NCBI GenBank assembly: GCA_017394835.1
Contig: JAFPXD010000062.1
Location: forward strand, 11,369-75,368
DNA: 64,000 bases
Direction: 5' to 3'
Origin: Clostridia bacterium
GTDB taxonomy: Bacteria > Bacillota > Clostridia > Christensenellales > CAG-138
Shown: piece after piece, positions 1-8,876 of the stretch
Numbering within the stretch: position 1 is the first letter of the stretch
Layout: each line of letters starts with the position of its first letter
Notes under the pieces: generated by a model
The model's input: only the letters and a program-made list of their open reading frames with translations
Databases searched by the model: none
Told to the model about the DNA's origin: nothing
Translations under genes and position numbers: made by a program

Positions 1-1055
1 GTAATAACCGCACCGGCTGCATATTCAGCGGTAGTATAGACTTCTCCGTTGATTGTGAAGGTTACCGTATAAAGCTCAACCTCAGGGATTATAACCGCAC
101 CGTCGGTCTCATCATGCGGGAGCTGAATTACGTTTCCGCTAAGCTCATCATATGTGAACTGATCTATCGTCAACGTAAGCGGTATAGTCGTGCCCGGTTC
201 AACATCAGCCGAAACATGGAATGTAATCGTGAAGACAGTTCCGGTCGAGCTGAACTCGCCATCAGGAACAATTGCCATGAAGCCTATCCTGCCTGCAGTG
301 CCGGTGTTCTGCTGCACCATGCCGTCAACATCAAGAATGTCGTACCAGACTTCACCTTTCTTCAGGCTGCCTTTATTGGTGAGCTTCTCTGCATCATAAT
401 CGACAAAAACTGTCAAGGCGGTAGCGGCATACTCGCCATCCATTCTCAGAGAAATGCTGACATCGGAATCAGGCTCCGCCTCGACAGTGTCCAGAACGAA
501 TTCAACCGCATTAGGTTCAGGTGTAGGTGTACCGGGAATAATAACCGCACCGTTTTCTGCTGTATTAGGAAGCTGTATGACGTTACCGCTGAGCTCATCA
601 TAAGTGAACTGGTCGATAGTCAACGTAAGCGGTATGGTCGTGCCGGGCTCGACATCTGCAGAGACATGGAAGTTAATTGTGAACACAGTTCCGGTAGAAC
701 TGAACTCACCATCCGGCACAATCGCCATGAAGCCGATCCTGCCGGCGGTTCCGGTGTTCTGCTGCACCATGCCGTCAACATCGAGTATGTCATACCAAAC
801 ATCACCCTTTTTAAGGCTGCCCTTATTAGTAAGCATCGTAGGATCATAATCGACGAAGACCGTCAATGCTGTTGCAGCGTATTCGCCTTCCATTGTCAGT
901 GAAACGCTGACGTCGGTGTCTGGTTCCGCTTCGACACTGCTAAGTGCAAAAGTCACGGTGCCCCGATGGTTTCTTTCTGTCAAAGCCGAAACAGGCATAG
1001 CCACAACAGACAGAACCATCATCAGCACTACCAGAGCAGAAATGAACCTTTTCAT
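1..1055 (-). CDS. Secreted protein with two tandem cohesin-like domains followed by an InlB-B/Flg_new-like repeat; runs off the left edge
   Basis: Not in the ORF track (no stop in window). ATG at 1055 with RBS AGGAGG (cctcct at 1061-1066). Translation MKRFISALVVLMMVLSVVAMPVSA (signal peptide), then two ~150-aa units with the cohesin pattern VEAEPDxDVSxSL...DYD...GTVFTIxFHV..PGTTIPLTL, then YTVTFTINGEVYTT. Confidence 0.8.
   Translation of the reverse strand, partial: MKRFISALVVLMMVLSVVAMPVSALTERNHRGTVTFALSSVEAEPDTDVSVSLTMEGEYAATALTVFVDYDPTMLTNKGSLKKGDVWYDILDVDGMVQQNTGTAGRIGFMAIVPDGEFSSTGTVFTINFHVSADVEPGTTIPLTLTIDQFTYDELSGNVIQLPNTAENGAVIIPGTPTPEPNAVEFVLDTVEAEPDSDVSISLRMDGEYAATALTVFVDYDAEKLTNKGSLKKGEVWYDILDVDGMVQQNTGTAGRIGFMAIVPDGEFSSTGTVFTITFHVSADVEPGTTIPLTLTIDQFTYDELSGNVIQLPHDETDGAVIIPEVELYTVTFTINGEVYTTAEYAAGAVI
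88..945 (-). repeat. Two 450-bp direct repeats encoding the cohesin-like domains
   Basis: For example gccgtcaacatc occurs at 321 and 771 (offset 450); long near-identical stretches. Confidence 0.9.
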
Positions 1056-1305
1056 AATGTCCTCCTGATTTGTGTGAAAGATTATCGGGATACTCAACTG
1101 CTCCAAGCAGTCCATAGAAACATTTTTCAGCAAATACTGGCTGAATGTTATTAACTTGTTTGCTGCAAAATGTTATTAAGACTGATGAAAGCATGTTTAT
1201 GCATACACCCCGACGACTGTATACATAAGGTCATGCGTATCCAAATAGTGTGAGACGCATCCTCACATGCAGAAAAATCTATTTGGAGACATTGTACTGT
1301 CAAAT

Positions 1306-1334
1306 GTTGGCTTTTCGTTGAGTTGAGAAATCAA
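1306..1334 (+). repeat. Left inverted repeat (IRL, 29 bp) of the invertible segment
   Basis: gttggcttttcgttgagttgagaaatcaa is the exact reverse complement of 2778-2806. Confidence 0.95.
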
Positions 1335-1364
1335 CGGGTAGCGACCAACACTCAACTTACGGAT

Positions 1365-1393
1365 ATTATACTAAAAGAGCAGACTATTTTCAA
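1365..1393 (-). promoter_or_regulatory. Sigma70-type promoter inside the invertible segment, pointing out through IRL toward the cohesin gene
   Basis: Minus strand TTGAAA (1393-1388), 17-bp spacer, TATAAT (1370-1365). Confidence 0.75.
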
Positions 1394-1590
1394 GGAAAAT
1401 GGATAATGATTTTATGGACAAAACCGATATATTATTGACGAATGTGAAAAAGAATCCGCTGCTATCTCCTGTACGGCGACTATTCGCAGTCAAATACGTA
1501 GTCTTTGGCTTCCTATGTATTAGAATCAGTTGAGGTCAATTGCTTTGACCTCAAAAAACAGAGCTGACAGAATAGCGAAAGGAGCGCAAA

Positions 1591-2706
1591 ATGGCTCGAA
1601 AAGGCGAAAACATTTTTAAACGGAAGGATGGTCGTTGGGAGGCACGTTATGAAAAAGGACGCGATCTGAACGGCAGAATCATTTATGGCTATTGCTATGC
1701 CGCAACATACCGAGATGCTCGACAAAAGGTTAACTCGCTTAAAGTGGCTGTTGCAAATGGGCAGGCTACAGAAAAGAGCAGCACCAAGACATACTTCAGC
1801 AATTATTGTGATGAATGGCTCCGTGAAAAGAGCACTTATGTTAAACAATCGACTTTTGTGAAGTACAACAGTGTAGTTGAGAACCATATCATGCCAGAGC
1901 TTGGAAACTATAGGCTCTCCGCTATAAACAGCGAGACTTGCTGTAGGCTCAAAGATAAGCTTGTCTCCTCCGGTCACTCACCTAAAATGGTCCGTGATGT
2001 TATTACGGTTCTTCGATCCATCCTTAAGTACGTGCATAAAACGAACCCCTCATTTCAATGTGAGGTGGATATTCCACTGCCGAAGGAGCAGCGAAAAGAA
2101 ATGCGCGTCCTTTCACTCGAGGAGGAAATAAAGTTTATAAGCTTCCTGTCAGATGAAATGGATAACTGCAAGCTTGGAATACTGATCGCCATAATGACAG
2201 GCATGAGAATTGGTGAGATCTGCGCGTTAAAATGGGGCGCAGTCTCTTTCGCTGATGAATCGGTAAAGGTTGTATCGACAATGCAGAGGCTGAAATGCTT
2301 TGGTGGCAATACTTCCGCGAAAACTGCAGTTGTAGTAGGCATGCCCAAAAGCCAGACATCTTCAAGGACGATTCCTCTTACTGCAGAGTGCGTCGCTCTC
2401 TGTAAAAAGATGCGAAGCGACAACCCCGACGCCTTTATCCTAACAGGAACAACGGACTATATGGAGCCAAGAGCATTACAGTATCGTATGAGTAAGTACA
2501 CGAAAGAATGCGGACTGTGCGGCGTGCACTTTCACACATTGAGGCATACCTTCGCGACAAGAGCAGTTGAAGTTGGCTTTGAGATCAAGAGTCTCAGCGA
2601 GATCCTAGGACACGCCAACACGACTGTCACTATGGACAGATATGTTCATTCTTCCATGTTGCTAAAGCGGCAAAACATGGAGAAAATGCCCGCTCTTATT
2701 GTATAA
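1591..2706 (+). CDS. Tyrosine recombinase/integrase (candidate invertase)
   Basis: TGMRIGE, HTLRH, ILGH, DRY catalytic motifs; N-terminal KRKDGRWEARY arm-binding-like segment; RBS AGGAG. Confidence 0.92.
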   Translation: MARKGENIFKRKDGRWEARYEKGRDLNGRIIYGYCYAATYRDARQKVNSLKVAVANGQATEKSSTKTYFSNYCDEWLREKSTYVKQSTFVKYNSVVENHIMPELGNYRLSAINSETCCRLKDKLVSSGHSPKMVRDVITVLRSILKYVHKTNPSFQCEVDIPLPKEQRKEMRVLSLEEEIKFISFLSDEMDNCKLGILIAIMTGMRIGEICALKWGAVSFADESVKVVSTMQRLKCFGGNTSAKTAVVVGMPKSQTSSRTIPLTAECVALCKKMRSDNPDAFILTGTTDYMEPRALQYRMSKYTKECGLCGVHFHTLRHTFATRAVEVGFEIKSLSEILGHANTTVTMDRYVHSSMLLKRQNMEKMPALIV

Positions 2707-2777
2707 ATTCGCAGTCGGATTTTCTGGTCAGTCCTTTGATTTGTCCAGCATTTCTCTGTTCTTTTCAATTCAACAAA

Positions 2778-2806
2778 TTGATTTCTCAACTCAACGAAAA
2801 GCCAAC
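2778..2806 (-). repeat. Right inverted repeat (IRR, 29 bp)
   Basis: ttgatttctcaactcaacgaaaagccaac; the match extends by about 5 bp with one indel. Confidence 0.95.
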
Positions 2807-2811
2807 CATTT

Positions 2812-2839
2812 AGGGCACGTTTGCAACGTGCTCTTTTTT
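2812..2839 (+). terminator. Intrinsic terminator immediately outside IRR
   Basis: Stem AGGGCACGTT / AACGTGCTCT with a 3-nt loop, followed by a T-tract. Confidence 0.75.
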
Positions 2840-2962
2840 GCCCTCAGCATGACTTCCACGGAAAGGAGTATAATGCTGTTGTGTTTTGTTGTTGAGGATG
2901 TCGATAAAAAAGTTCCCAAGCTGAATGAGGCTTGAGAACGGATGTCCTTTAATCAGAATGGT

Positions 2963-4912
2963 TTATGTGATCGATTCATCCCCACTTTTGCTTAATAGTC
3001 TGGCAAACCCGTTTTGAGTCATTATATCATTTGCCCTTTCTACGGATAAATCTTTGGTTTCAAAAAGCATAGCGTGAAACAACCTATCCTCTGCTATATC
3101 CCTAAACGCAAGCCCGGCAATTCTGACGAGCTCTTCTCCAATATCTGCTCTTACGTCAAGAGCTATGCATAACGCAATAATGTGTGTAAGCGTGACCTTA
3201 CCTTTGCACCACTTCTGCATTGCAGAACGGGATATGCCGATCCGCCATGCAAGCTCATCCTGAGAAATACCCTTGGCGTCAAGAATGAACTGTACAGCCT
3301 TATAGAATGTATTAGGCAATTCCTTTTTCAGCCTGTCCCAAAGCATAGCGTCTTCCTGAAATTGCTTGTTTTGCAACATGCGCTCTTTTGTGTCCGGCTC
3401 GGAGTTGAAATTATGCCGCGTCTGATACTTATCTTTGACTTCCGTCTTCCTTGCTGCAATTCCCTTTGAATAGTCGGCTTTTGCATATCGGCCATATGCA
3501 GAAAAAGAAATGCAGCACTCGTCGATATGCGTTCTCGCATACTCTGTCAGCCGCTTGCTCCTGCCCGTGTCGGAGACATATTCGGGGCTGTTGAGGCAAT
3601 AGTGACCCTCGACATACGAATAGCATCCGCTGTGTAGCGCGTCATTGAAATCATCAGACCGATTCAGCAGAGCCGCCGCTTCCATGCGGGATATGCTGTA
3701 CGTGATGCCTTCCTCCCATTTATCGGAGCAGCCGTAGTCGGGGATCCTTTTACCATCAACGTAACAATAGACTCCCTCAGCTTCGGGAAAGCCGAGCTCG
3801 ATCATCCTGTATTTTGCCATCGAGCGGGAAACGCCGAACTTCTCGGCAAGCTTCTCCACAATACGCATGACGTTTTCGGCCGACCTGTCCCACCGACAAT
3901 CATCATATAGGTCCTCGATATAACGCCGTGTATTCGTCTCCTCCATGAGGATGTATGCGGGGAGCTTCTCCGCCTGCAGCTCCATCCACTCGACGGGGCT
4001 GTTTGTTCTCACATACTTTCGTGGTGACAAAGATCTGCCCATGCAGGCTTTATACGGCTCGCAGCTGAGCGACTGCAGCATGAAAAATCGATAGTCGAGG
4101 TAGGCATGCACGCACTCGTGCACGACGGTACTGTTTTTCATTTCGGGCGTCGGGCAGAGATCGGTATTGAGCAGTATTGTTAGCGGCGTCACATCGAGCG
4201 CTTTGAAACGGTCGTTGTCGTCTAAAACGGTGACTGTGGCTCTTGAAAAGTAGATCAGGCCTCTTACGTCGCTGCCCTTCGGGAGCCTTACGTGCTTTAC
4301 CTTCAGCTTCATCCTGTGAGCAAGCTCTATTCCGTCTATCGCTGTAGGCTCGTCAAGAGCTTCCGGATAATAGGTCTTCAGCATCCTGTATGCCGTATCG
4401 GGATAATCATCCTCGTACATGATGGGCAGCAGATACCCGTTAACGCGAGGCCTACCGCAGTTTGATGCCGACGCGGCAGCGCATATACTCGGAGCGCTGC
4501 ATTTTTTCCCTATAACATCGATAAGGTAGTTCATGTTGAAGGGGCGGATATAGTCAATACGTCTGCCATTGGCGTCCGCTCTCACTGTCCCGATGATAAC
4601 GAGCTCTATCGCCATATGCCGAATATCGCTGTCATACACATCGGCGACGCGAGGTTCTCCAATACGAACGAGCCTAAGGTTCTGCGCCTCCTTGTTTCCG
4701 ATGGCGGTCTTAACGTCATCGGGATATGCACGCACGTACATATCGAGCGCGGCTTTGAAATCCTCATTAAACAATTCTCTCAATATCTCGACCGCAGAGA
4801 ACGGTCCCTTCCTGTTTCGGAGGGAGTTCTGTTCCTTGGCTGTGTAAAAGGGCATGCAGCACGGAACGCTGCCGTGTCCCGTCTTCGTCATCGCATATTC
4901 ATAGCTTCTCAT
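2963..4912 (-). CDS. ImmA/IrrE-family Zn-metallopeptidase domain protein with C-terminal XRE HTH
   Basis: VHECVH (HExxH) plus downstream ELQAEKL and AEKFGVSRSMAKYRM; C-terminal ISQDELAWRIGISRSAMQKW HTH. Start chosen at the ATG after AAGGAGG. Confidence 0.75.
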   Translation of the reverse strand: MRSYEYAMTKTGHGSVPCCMPFYTAKEQNSLRNRKGPFSAVEILRELFNEDFKAALDMYVRAYPDDVKTAIGNKEAQNLRLVRIGEPRVADVYDSDIRHMAIELVIIGTVRADANGRRIDYIRPFNMNYLIDVIGKKCSAPSICAAASASNCGRPRVNGYLLPIMYEDDYPDTAYRMLKTYYPEALDEPTAIDGIELAHRMKLKVKHVRLPKGSDVRGLIYFSRATVTVLDDNDRFKALDVTPLTILLNTDLCPTPEMKNSTVVHECVHAYLDYRFFMLQSLSCEPYKACMGRSLSPRKYVRTNSPVEWMELQAEKLPAYILMEETNTRRYIEDLYDDCRWDRSAENVMRIVEKLAEKFGVSRSMAKYRMIELGFPEAEGVYCYVDGKRIPDYGCSDKWEEGITYSISRMEAAALLNRSDDFNDALHSGCYSYVEGHYCLNSPEYVSDTGRSKRLTEYARTHIDECCISFSAYGRYAKADYSKGIAARKTEVKDKYQTRHNFNSEPDTKERMLQNKQFQEDAMLWDRLKKELPNTFYKAVQFILDAKGISQDELAWRIGISRSAMQKWCKGKVTLTHIIALCIALDVRADIGEELVRIAGLAFRDIAEDRLFHAMLFETKDLSVERANDIMTQNGFARLLSKSGDESIT

Positions 4913-5009
4913 ACGGCGTTCCTCCTTAGGTCTCGTATCGTGGCACCGATTATACACCGCCGAAAACACGATTGCAAGAAAAAATTGTAACTATTTTTGC
5001 AAATACCTC

Positions 5010-5039
5010 TTGCATCGCCAAATATGCTTGTGCTATAAT
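5010..5039 (+). promoter_or_regulatory. Sigma70 promoter of the repressor/mutagenesis operon, with an upstream palindrome (about 4972-5002) as possible operator
   Basis: TTGCAT-18-TATAAT with extended TG; TTGCAAGAAAAA...TTTTTGCAA inverted repeat. Confidence 0.6.
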
Positions 5040-5093
5040 GGATGCCATAAGGTATCCGCCCATGGAGTGCGGATAAACAGAGGAGGCGACAAC

Positions 5094-5927
5094 ATGGCCG
5101 AAAAGAATATCGATCAATTGAAATTCGGAAGCGTTTTGAAAAAGCATCGCTCGGAGGCAAAGCTCACTATGGGTGAATTTGCCAAGATGATGAACGTAAC
5201 AAGGAACACAATAATAAATTGGGAGGCGGATAAGTCCAAGCCCGACTATCGATATATCCCCGAGATCTGCGCCTTATTGGGCATCAAGCTCCATGAGCTT
5301 TTCGGCATGGAGCCCGAGAACGGACTTGATCCCGTTGAGGAGAGGGTACTTAACTTCTTCCGTCAGCTTACCCCCGTAAGCCGCAGGGTCGTCGAAAAGA
5401 TGATCTACGCCATGCTCAACGAGGAGATCGCTCAAAAGGACAGGCAAATGAAATCCACATTCCGCATATTCCTCGTTCGTCCCGGCATGGCGGCAGCGGG
5501 CGTCGGCGATTACGTTCCCGATTCTCCGCCCGAATACACCTTCCTCCGCAAGAATACGGTCAACGACAGAGCTGACGGCATAGTCAAGGTCGACGGCGAC
5601 AGCATGGAGCCTGTTTATCACTCGGGCGATTATGTCTACTACGAGAACGCCGTGTCCGCTTTCCCCGGTGAGGACGTGATTGTCGATACCGACGACGGCG
5701 CGGTCATTAAACGTATGGCGGATGACAACACGCTCTATTCGGTCAATCCCGCTATTCCGTATCCGAAGAAGAACGAGCAGAACACGCTGGTGATAAGGGG
5801 CAGAGTGCTGGGGACGGTGCATTCCTCAGATATGCCCTCCGGCGATGAAGCGGACACGCTTGAGGAGCTGTTCTCCGATGAGATCCGCGAGTTCAACAGG
5901 AAGCACGGCTTGAAGTTCGGAGAGTAA
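5094..5927 (+). CDS. XRE-HTH plus peptidase S24 (LexA/CI-like) repressor
   Basis: N-terminal HTH (VTRNTIINWEADKSKP), AAG cleavage-site motif, VDGDSMEP Ser motif, downstream IKR Lys; RBS AGGAGG. Confidence 0.88.
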   Translation: MAEKNIDQLKFGSVLKKHRSEAKLTMGEFAKMMNVTRNTIINWEADKSKPDYRYIPEICALLGIKLHELFGMEPENGLDPVEERVLNFFRQLTPVSRRVVEKMIYAMLNEEIAQKDRQMKSTFRIFLVRPGMAAAGVGDYVPDSPPEYTFLRKNTVNDRADGIVKVDGDSMEPVYHSGDYVYYENAVSAFPGEDVIVDTDDGAVIKRMADDNTLYSVNPAIPYPKKNEQNTLVIRGRVLGTVHSSDMPSGDEADTLEELFSDEIREFNRKHGLKFGE

Positions 5928-5957
5928 GAAGATTATTTCAGAAGGGAGTTGATCACA

Positions 5958-6263
5958 ATGGCATACGTGAAGCCGCTGCATCCGGAGCGGGTATATGTCA
6001 AGGTCAACTCCGATTTCGATTCGACGGGATACATGCAGCCTCGCTCCATTACATGGAAGGACGGCAGAGTATTCCCCATAGAAGCGGTCAAGGATTTCAG
6101 GCCGGCTTCATCAATAGAGCGCAGTCTCCCCGGGGACTGCTTTACCGTCGTTATCAAGGGCGAGGTCAAATACCTTTTCTTTGAGCGCTGTCAGGATCGC
6201 TTCGCGAGCCATTTCGGAAGATGGTTCGTCGAAAGCATGCGGAGGGACGATCGGAGTGAATAA
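5958..6263 (+). CDS. Small accessory protein of the Firmicute Y-polymerase cassette
   Basis: VYVKV..FD..G.M.P..I.W.DGRVFPI...YLFFE...RWFVE pattern; overlaps the polymerase start. Confidence 0.65.
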   Translation: MAYVKPLHPERVYVKVNSDFDSTGYMQPRSITWKDGRVFPIEAVKDFRPASSIERSLPGDCFTVVIKGEVKYLFFERCQDRFASHFGRWFVESMRRDDRSE

Positions 6264-7881
6264 GGTCTATATAGCGATAGACTTGAAGAGCTTCTATGCC
6301 AGCGTCGAGTGCGCCGACAGGAAGTTCGATCCGCTGGCCACAAATCTTGTTGTGGCGGACCTTTCGCGTACCGAAAAGACCATCTGCCTTGCTGTCTCTC
6401 CCTCGCTCAAAGCCCACGGCATATCCGGCAGAGCGAGGCTTTTTGAAGTGGTCCAACGGGTAAAAGAAGTCAATCAGGAGCGCTTCCGCAAAGCTATTAA
6501 GCTCGGCGTCCTCCCGAAGGACGAAAAGGGACATTATCATTTCGCCTCATCATCATTCGACGCCGAGGCGCTCGAGGAAGATCCGGCGCTTGAGCTCAAT
6601 TACATAGTCGCCCCTCCGCGCATGATGCTGTACGAAAAGGTCAGCACACAGGTCTTCTCCATCTATTCAAAATACATTGCCCCTGAGGACATCCATGTTT
6701 ACAGCATAGACGAGGTGTTCATGGATGTGACCAACTATCTTGCCACATACGCCGTAACTCCGCGGGAGCTTGCCATGCAGATGATCCGAGAGGTGCTTTA
6801 TACGACAGGAATAACAGCTACGGCAGGTATCGGTACGAATATGTATCTTGCAAAGGTCGCCATGGATATAGTCGCAAAGCACGTTCCCGCAGATGAACAG
6901 GGCGTGAGAATAGCGGAGCTTAACGAGCAGACCTACAGGGAATTGCTCTGGTGCCACACCCCGATAACCGATTTCTGGAGAGTGGGTGGCGGCACGGCAC
7001 GCAGGCTTGCCGCTCTTGGCTGCTATACCATGGGTGATATAGCGAGGCTGAGCGTTCATAACGAAGAGGCGCTCTATAAGGCGATGGGAATAAACGCGGA
7101 GCTCCTCATAGACCACGCTTGGGGTTGGGAGCCGACCGATATTGCGACGATAAAGAGCTACACACCGGAAGCGACCTCGCTCTCATCCGGGCAGGTGCTG
7201 AAAGAGCCTTACACCTGTGAGAAGGGTAAGCTCATAACCCGTGAGATGACCGAGCTTTTGGTGCTCGATATGGTCAGGAAAGCCGTCGTCACGAAGCAGG
7301 TCACGCTGACGATAGGCTATGACCGAGAGAGCTTGGAGCAGCGCGGGAAAGGATACATAGTCAAGACCACCGGAAAGCCATATACGGGCAAGGTCTCACC
7401 CGATCTGTACGGCAGACCCCACCCGAACCACGCTCACGGCACAGGCAACCTCGATCATTTCACGAGCTCTACGACAGCGATAATGGACGTCATGATGGCG
7501 CTCTATGACCGCATTGTCGATCCCGATCTGCTCATACGCAGGGTGGGCATTTCAACAGGAGCGCTCATCCCCGAAAACGAGATACCCGCGGAGGCACCGG
7601 AGCAGATGAGCCTCTTCGTCGATTACGAAGCCGTCGATAAGGCAAAAGCCGAAAGAGCCGCAGAGGAGGAAAAGGAGCGCAGGCTGCAAAGGGCTACGCT
7701 TTCATTGCAGGATCGCTTCGGTAAGAACGTGCTGCTCAAAGGAATGAACTTCTTTGAGGGCGGAACGACAAGGGAACGTAACGAGCAGATCGGCGGTCAC
7801 AGAGCCGGGCGCGATGAGATAATGACCGGCAGAACGAAGAAAAAGGATGAACCGCGAAAGGAGGACGCCGAGGATGAGTAA
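6256..7881 (+). CDS. Y-family (UmuC/DinB/ImpB-like) error-prone DNA polymerase
   Basis: YIAIDLKSFYASVE, YSIDEVFMD, TATAGIG, DFWRVG motifs; QMSLF clamp-binding-like motif. Confidence 0.93.
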   Translation: MNKVYIAIDLKSFYASVECADRKFDPLATNLVVADLSRTEKTICLAVSPSLKAHGISGRARLFEVVQRVKEVNQERFRKAIKLGVLPKDEKGHYHFASSSFDAEALEEDPALELNYIVAPPRMMLYEKVSTQVFSIYSKYIAPEDIHVYSIDEVFMDVTNYLATYAVTPRELAMQMIREVLYTTGITATAGIGTNMYLAKVAMDIVAKHVPADEQGVRIAELNEQTYRELLWCHTPITDFWRVGGGTARRLAALGCYTMGDIARLSVHNEEALYKAMGINAELLIDHAWGWEPTDIATIKSYTPEATSLSSGQVLKEPYTCEKGKLITREMTELLVLDMVRKAVVTKQVTLTIGYDRESLEQRGKGYIVKTTGKPYTGKVSPDLYGRPHPNHAHGTGNLDHFTSSTTAIMDVMMALYDRIVDPDLLIRRVGISTGALIPENEIPAEAPEQMSLFVDYEAVDKAKAERAAEEEKERRLQRATLSLQDRFGKNVLLKGMNFFEGGTTRERNEQIGGHRAGRDEIMTGRTKKKDEPRKEDAEDE

Positions 7882-8365
7882 GGGCATTAAGGGAAATGAA
7901 CCAGATCCGCGCATAGTCTATGCGGATATTATAGGCCTTCCGCATTGGCAGTCTCCAACGCGACCGCATATGAGCCTCTATGATCGCTCGGCGCAGTTCG
8001 CGTCATATAAGGCGCTGTCCGGATATGAGGATATGGTAGCTGAGGAAGCCCGGCTCACGGACAGGAAGCTCGAGCTTGAGGATTACGAGCTTGAGCTGCT
8101 CAACCAGAAGCTTTCGCTCGTCAACGATGTTATCGCCGACGGGCATCATCCTGTGCTCACGTTCACCGTTTTCGAGCCGGATGAACTTAAAGAGGGCGGC
8201 AGATACGTCGAGATCACCGATACCGTCAAGCGTATCGACACGACCGGAAGAAAGGTCATCCTCACAAGCACGAGGGAAAGCGGGCTGCACAAGACCATTG
8301 ACTTTGACAGGATCGCCGCGGTCCATGGAGAGCTCGTTGACTATATGGACGACTGTTGGGAATAA
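7874..8365 (+). CDS. YolD-like protein
   Basis: YADII.LPH...RPHMSLYDRSAQFASYKAL motif; follows the Y-polymerase. Confidence 0.8.
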   Translation: MSKGIKGNEPDPRIVYADIIGLPHWQSPTRPHMSLYDRSAQFASYKALSGYEDMVAEEARLTDRKLELEDYELELLNQKLSLVNDVIADGHHPVLTFTVFEPDELKEGGRYVEITDTVKRIDTTGRKVILTSTRESGLHKTIDFDRIAAVHGELVDYMDDCWE

Positions 8366-8456
8366 AGATGAATAATTCAGAGAGCATGACCTCGGCCTTC
8401 CCCTTCAATGGCGGGGCTTTTTCACGTTTAAGGCACACCATCTCCGAAAATGTAAT

Positions 8457-8485
8457 TTGAATACGCCCCTTCTTTATGCTATAAT
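8457..8485 (+). promoter_or_regulatory. Sigma70 promoter for the 8533 and R-M genes
   Basis: TTGAAT-17-TATAAT with extended TG. Confidence 0.7.
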
Positions 8486-8532
8486 CGAATAAAACCTGAC
8501 TAAGGGTTCATATAACCGCCAGGAGGAGCAAA

Positions 8533-8847
8533 ATGGGCGACGTTATTTATCTTAACGAATACAAAAAGCAGCATGGGATCCCACTTCCGCGATCCCCGTA
8601 TTATACGCTGAAAGCTACGGACGCGCAGCTTTATGAGGCTTACCATGCCGCCGCCATGCTTCTTAACGAGTTCAGCGAAAACCATGATAATGCACCGTAT
8701 GCTGTCTTGGTCGGATATGAGAACATAAAGACCGGTCATATCAAACTTTTGAAACAGCCGCCCATGTTTTCCACCAAGGAAGCTTTTGAGTCAATGTCCG
8801 GCATGAGAGGGCATAAAAGCATTGCCGTTGTTCGAAAAGCCGAGTAG
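8533..8847 (+). CDS. Hypothetical protein
   Basis: Strong RBS AGGAGG and upstream promoter; no recognised motif. Confidence 0.65.
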   Translation: MGDVIYLNEYKKQHGIPLPRSPYYTLKATDAQLYEAYHAAAMLLNEFSENHDNAPYAVLVGYENIKTGHIKLLKQPPMFSTKEAFESMSGMRGHKSIAVVRKAE

Positions 8848-8876
8848 AAGTTAAGCTTATTTAGAGGTAATATCGT

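Noticed and set aside
114-902. 262-aa plus-strand ORF with an internal repeat
   Set aside because: Antisense shadow of the minus-strand cohesin gene, which has the RBS, signal peptide and recognisable domains
88-945. 450-bp repeats as a diversity-generating retroelement TR/VR pair
   Set aside because: Both copies are in-frame domains of one gene, differences do not look adenine-specific, and there is no reverse transcriptase in the window
1306-2806. IS element with terminal inverted repeats
   Set aside because: The enzyme is a tyrosine recombinase, not a DDE transposase, and no target-site duplication flanks the IRs; inversion fits better, though mobility is not excluded
6256-7881. DNA methylase label sometimes given to such proteins
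   Set aside because: No SAM-binding or NPPY/PC motifs; Y-family polymerase motifs are clear
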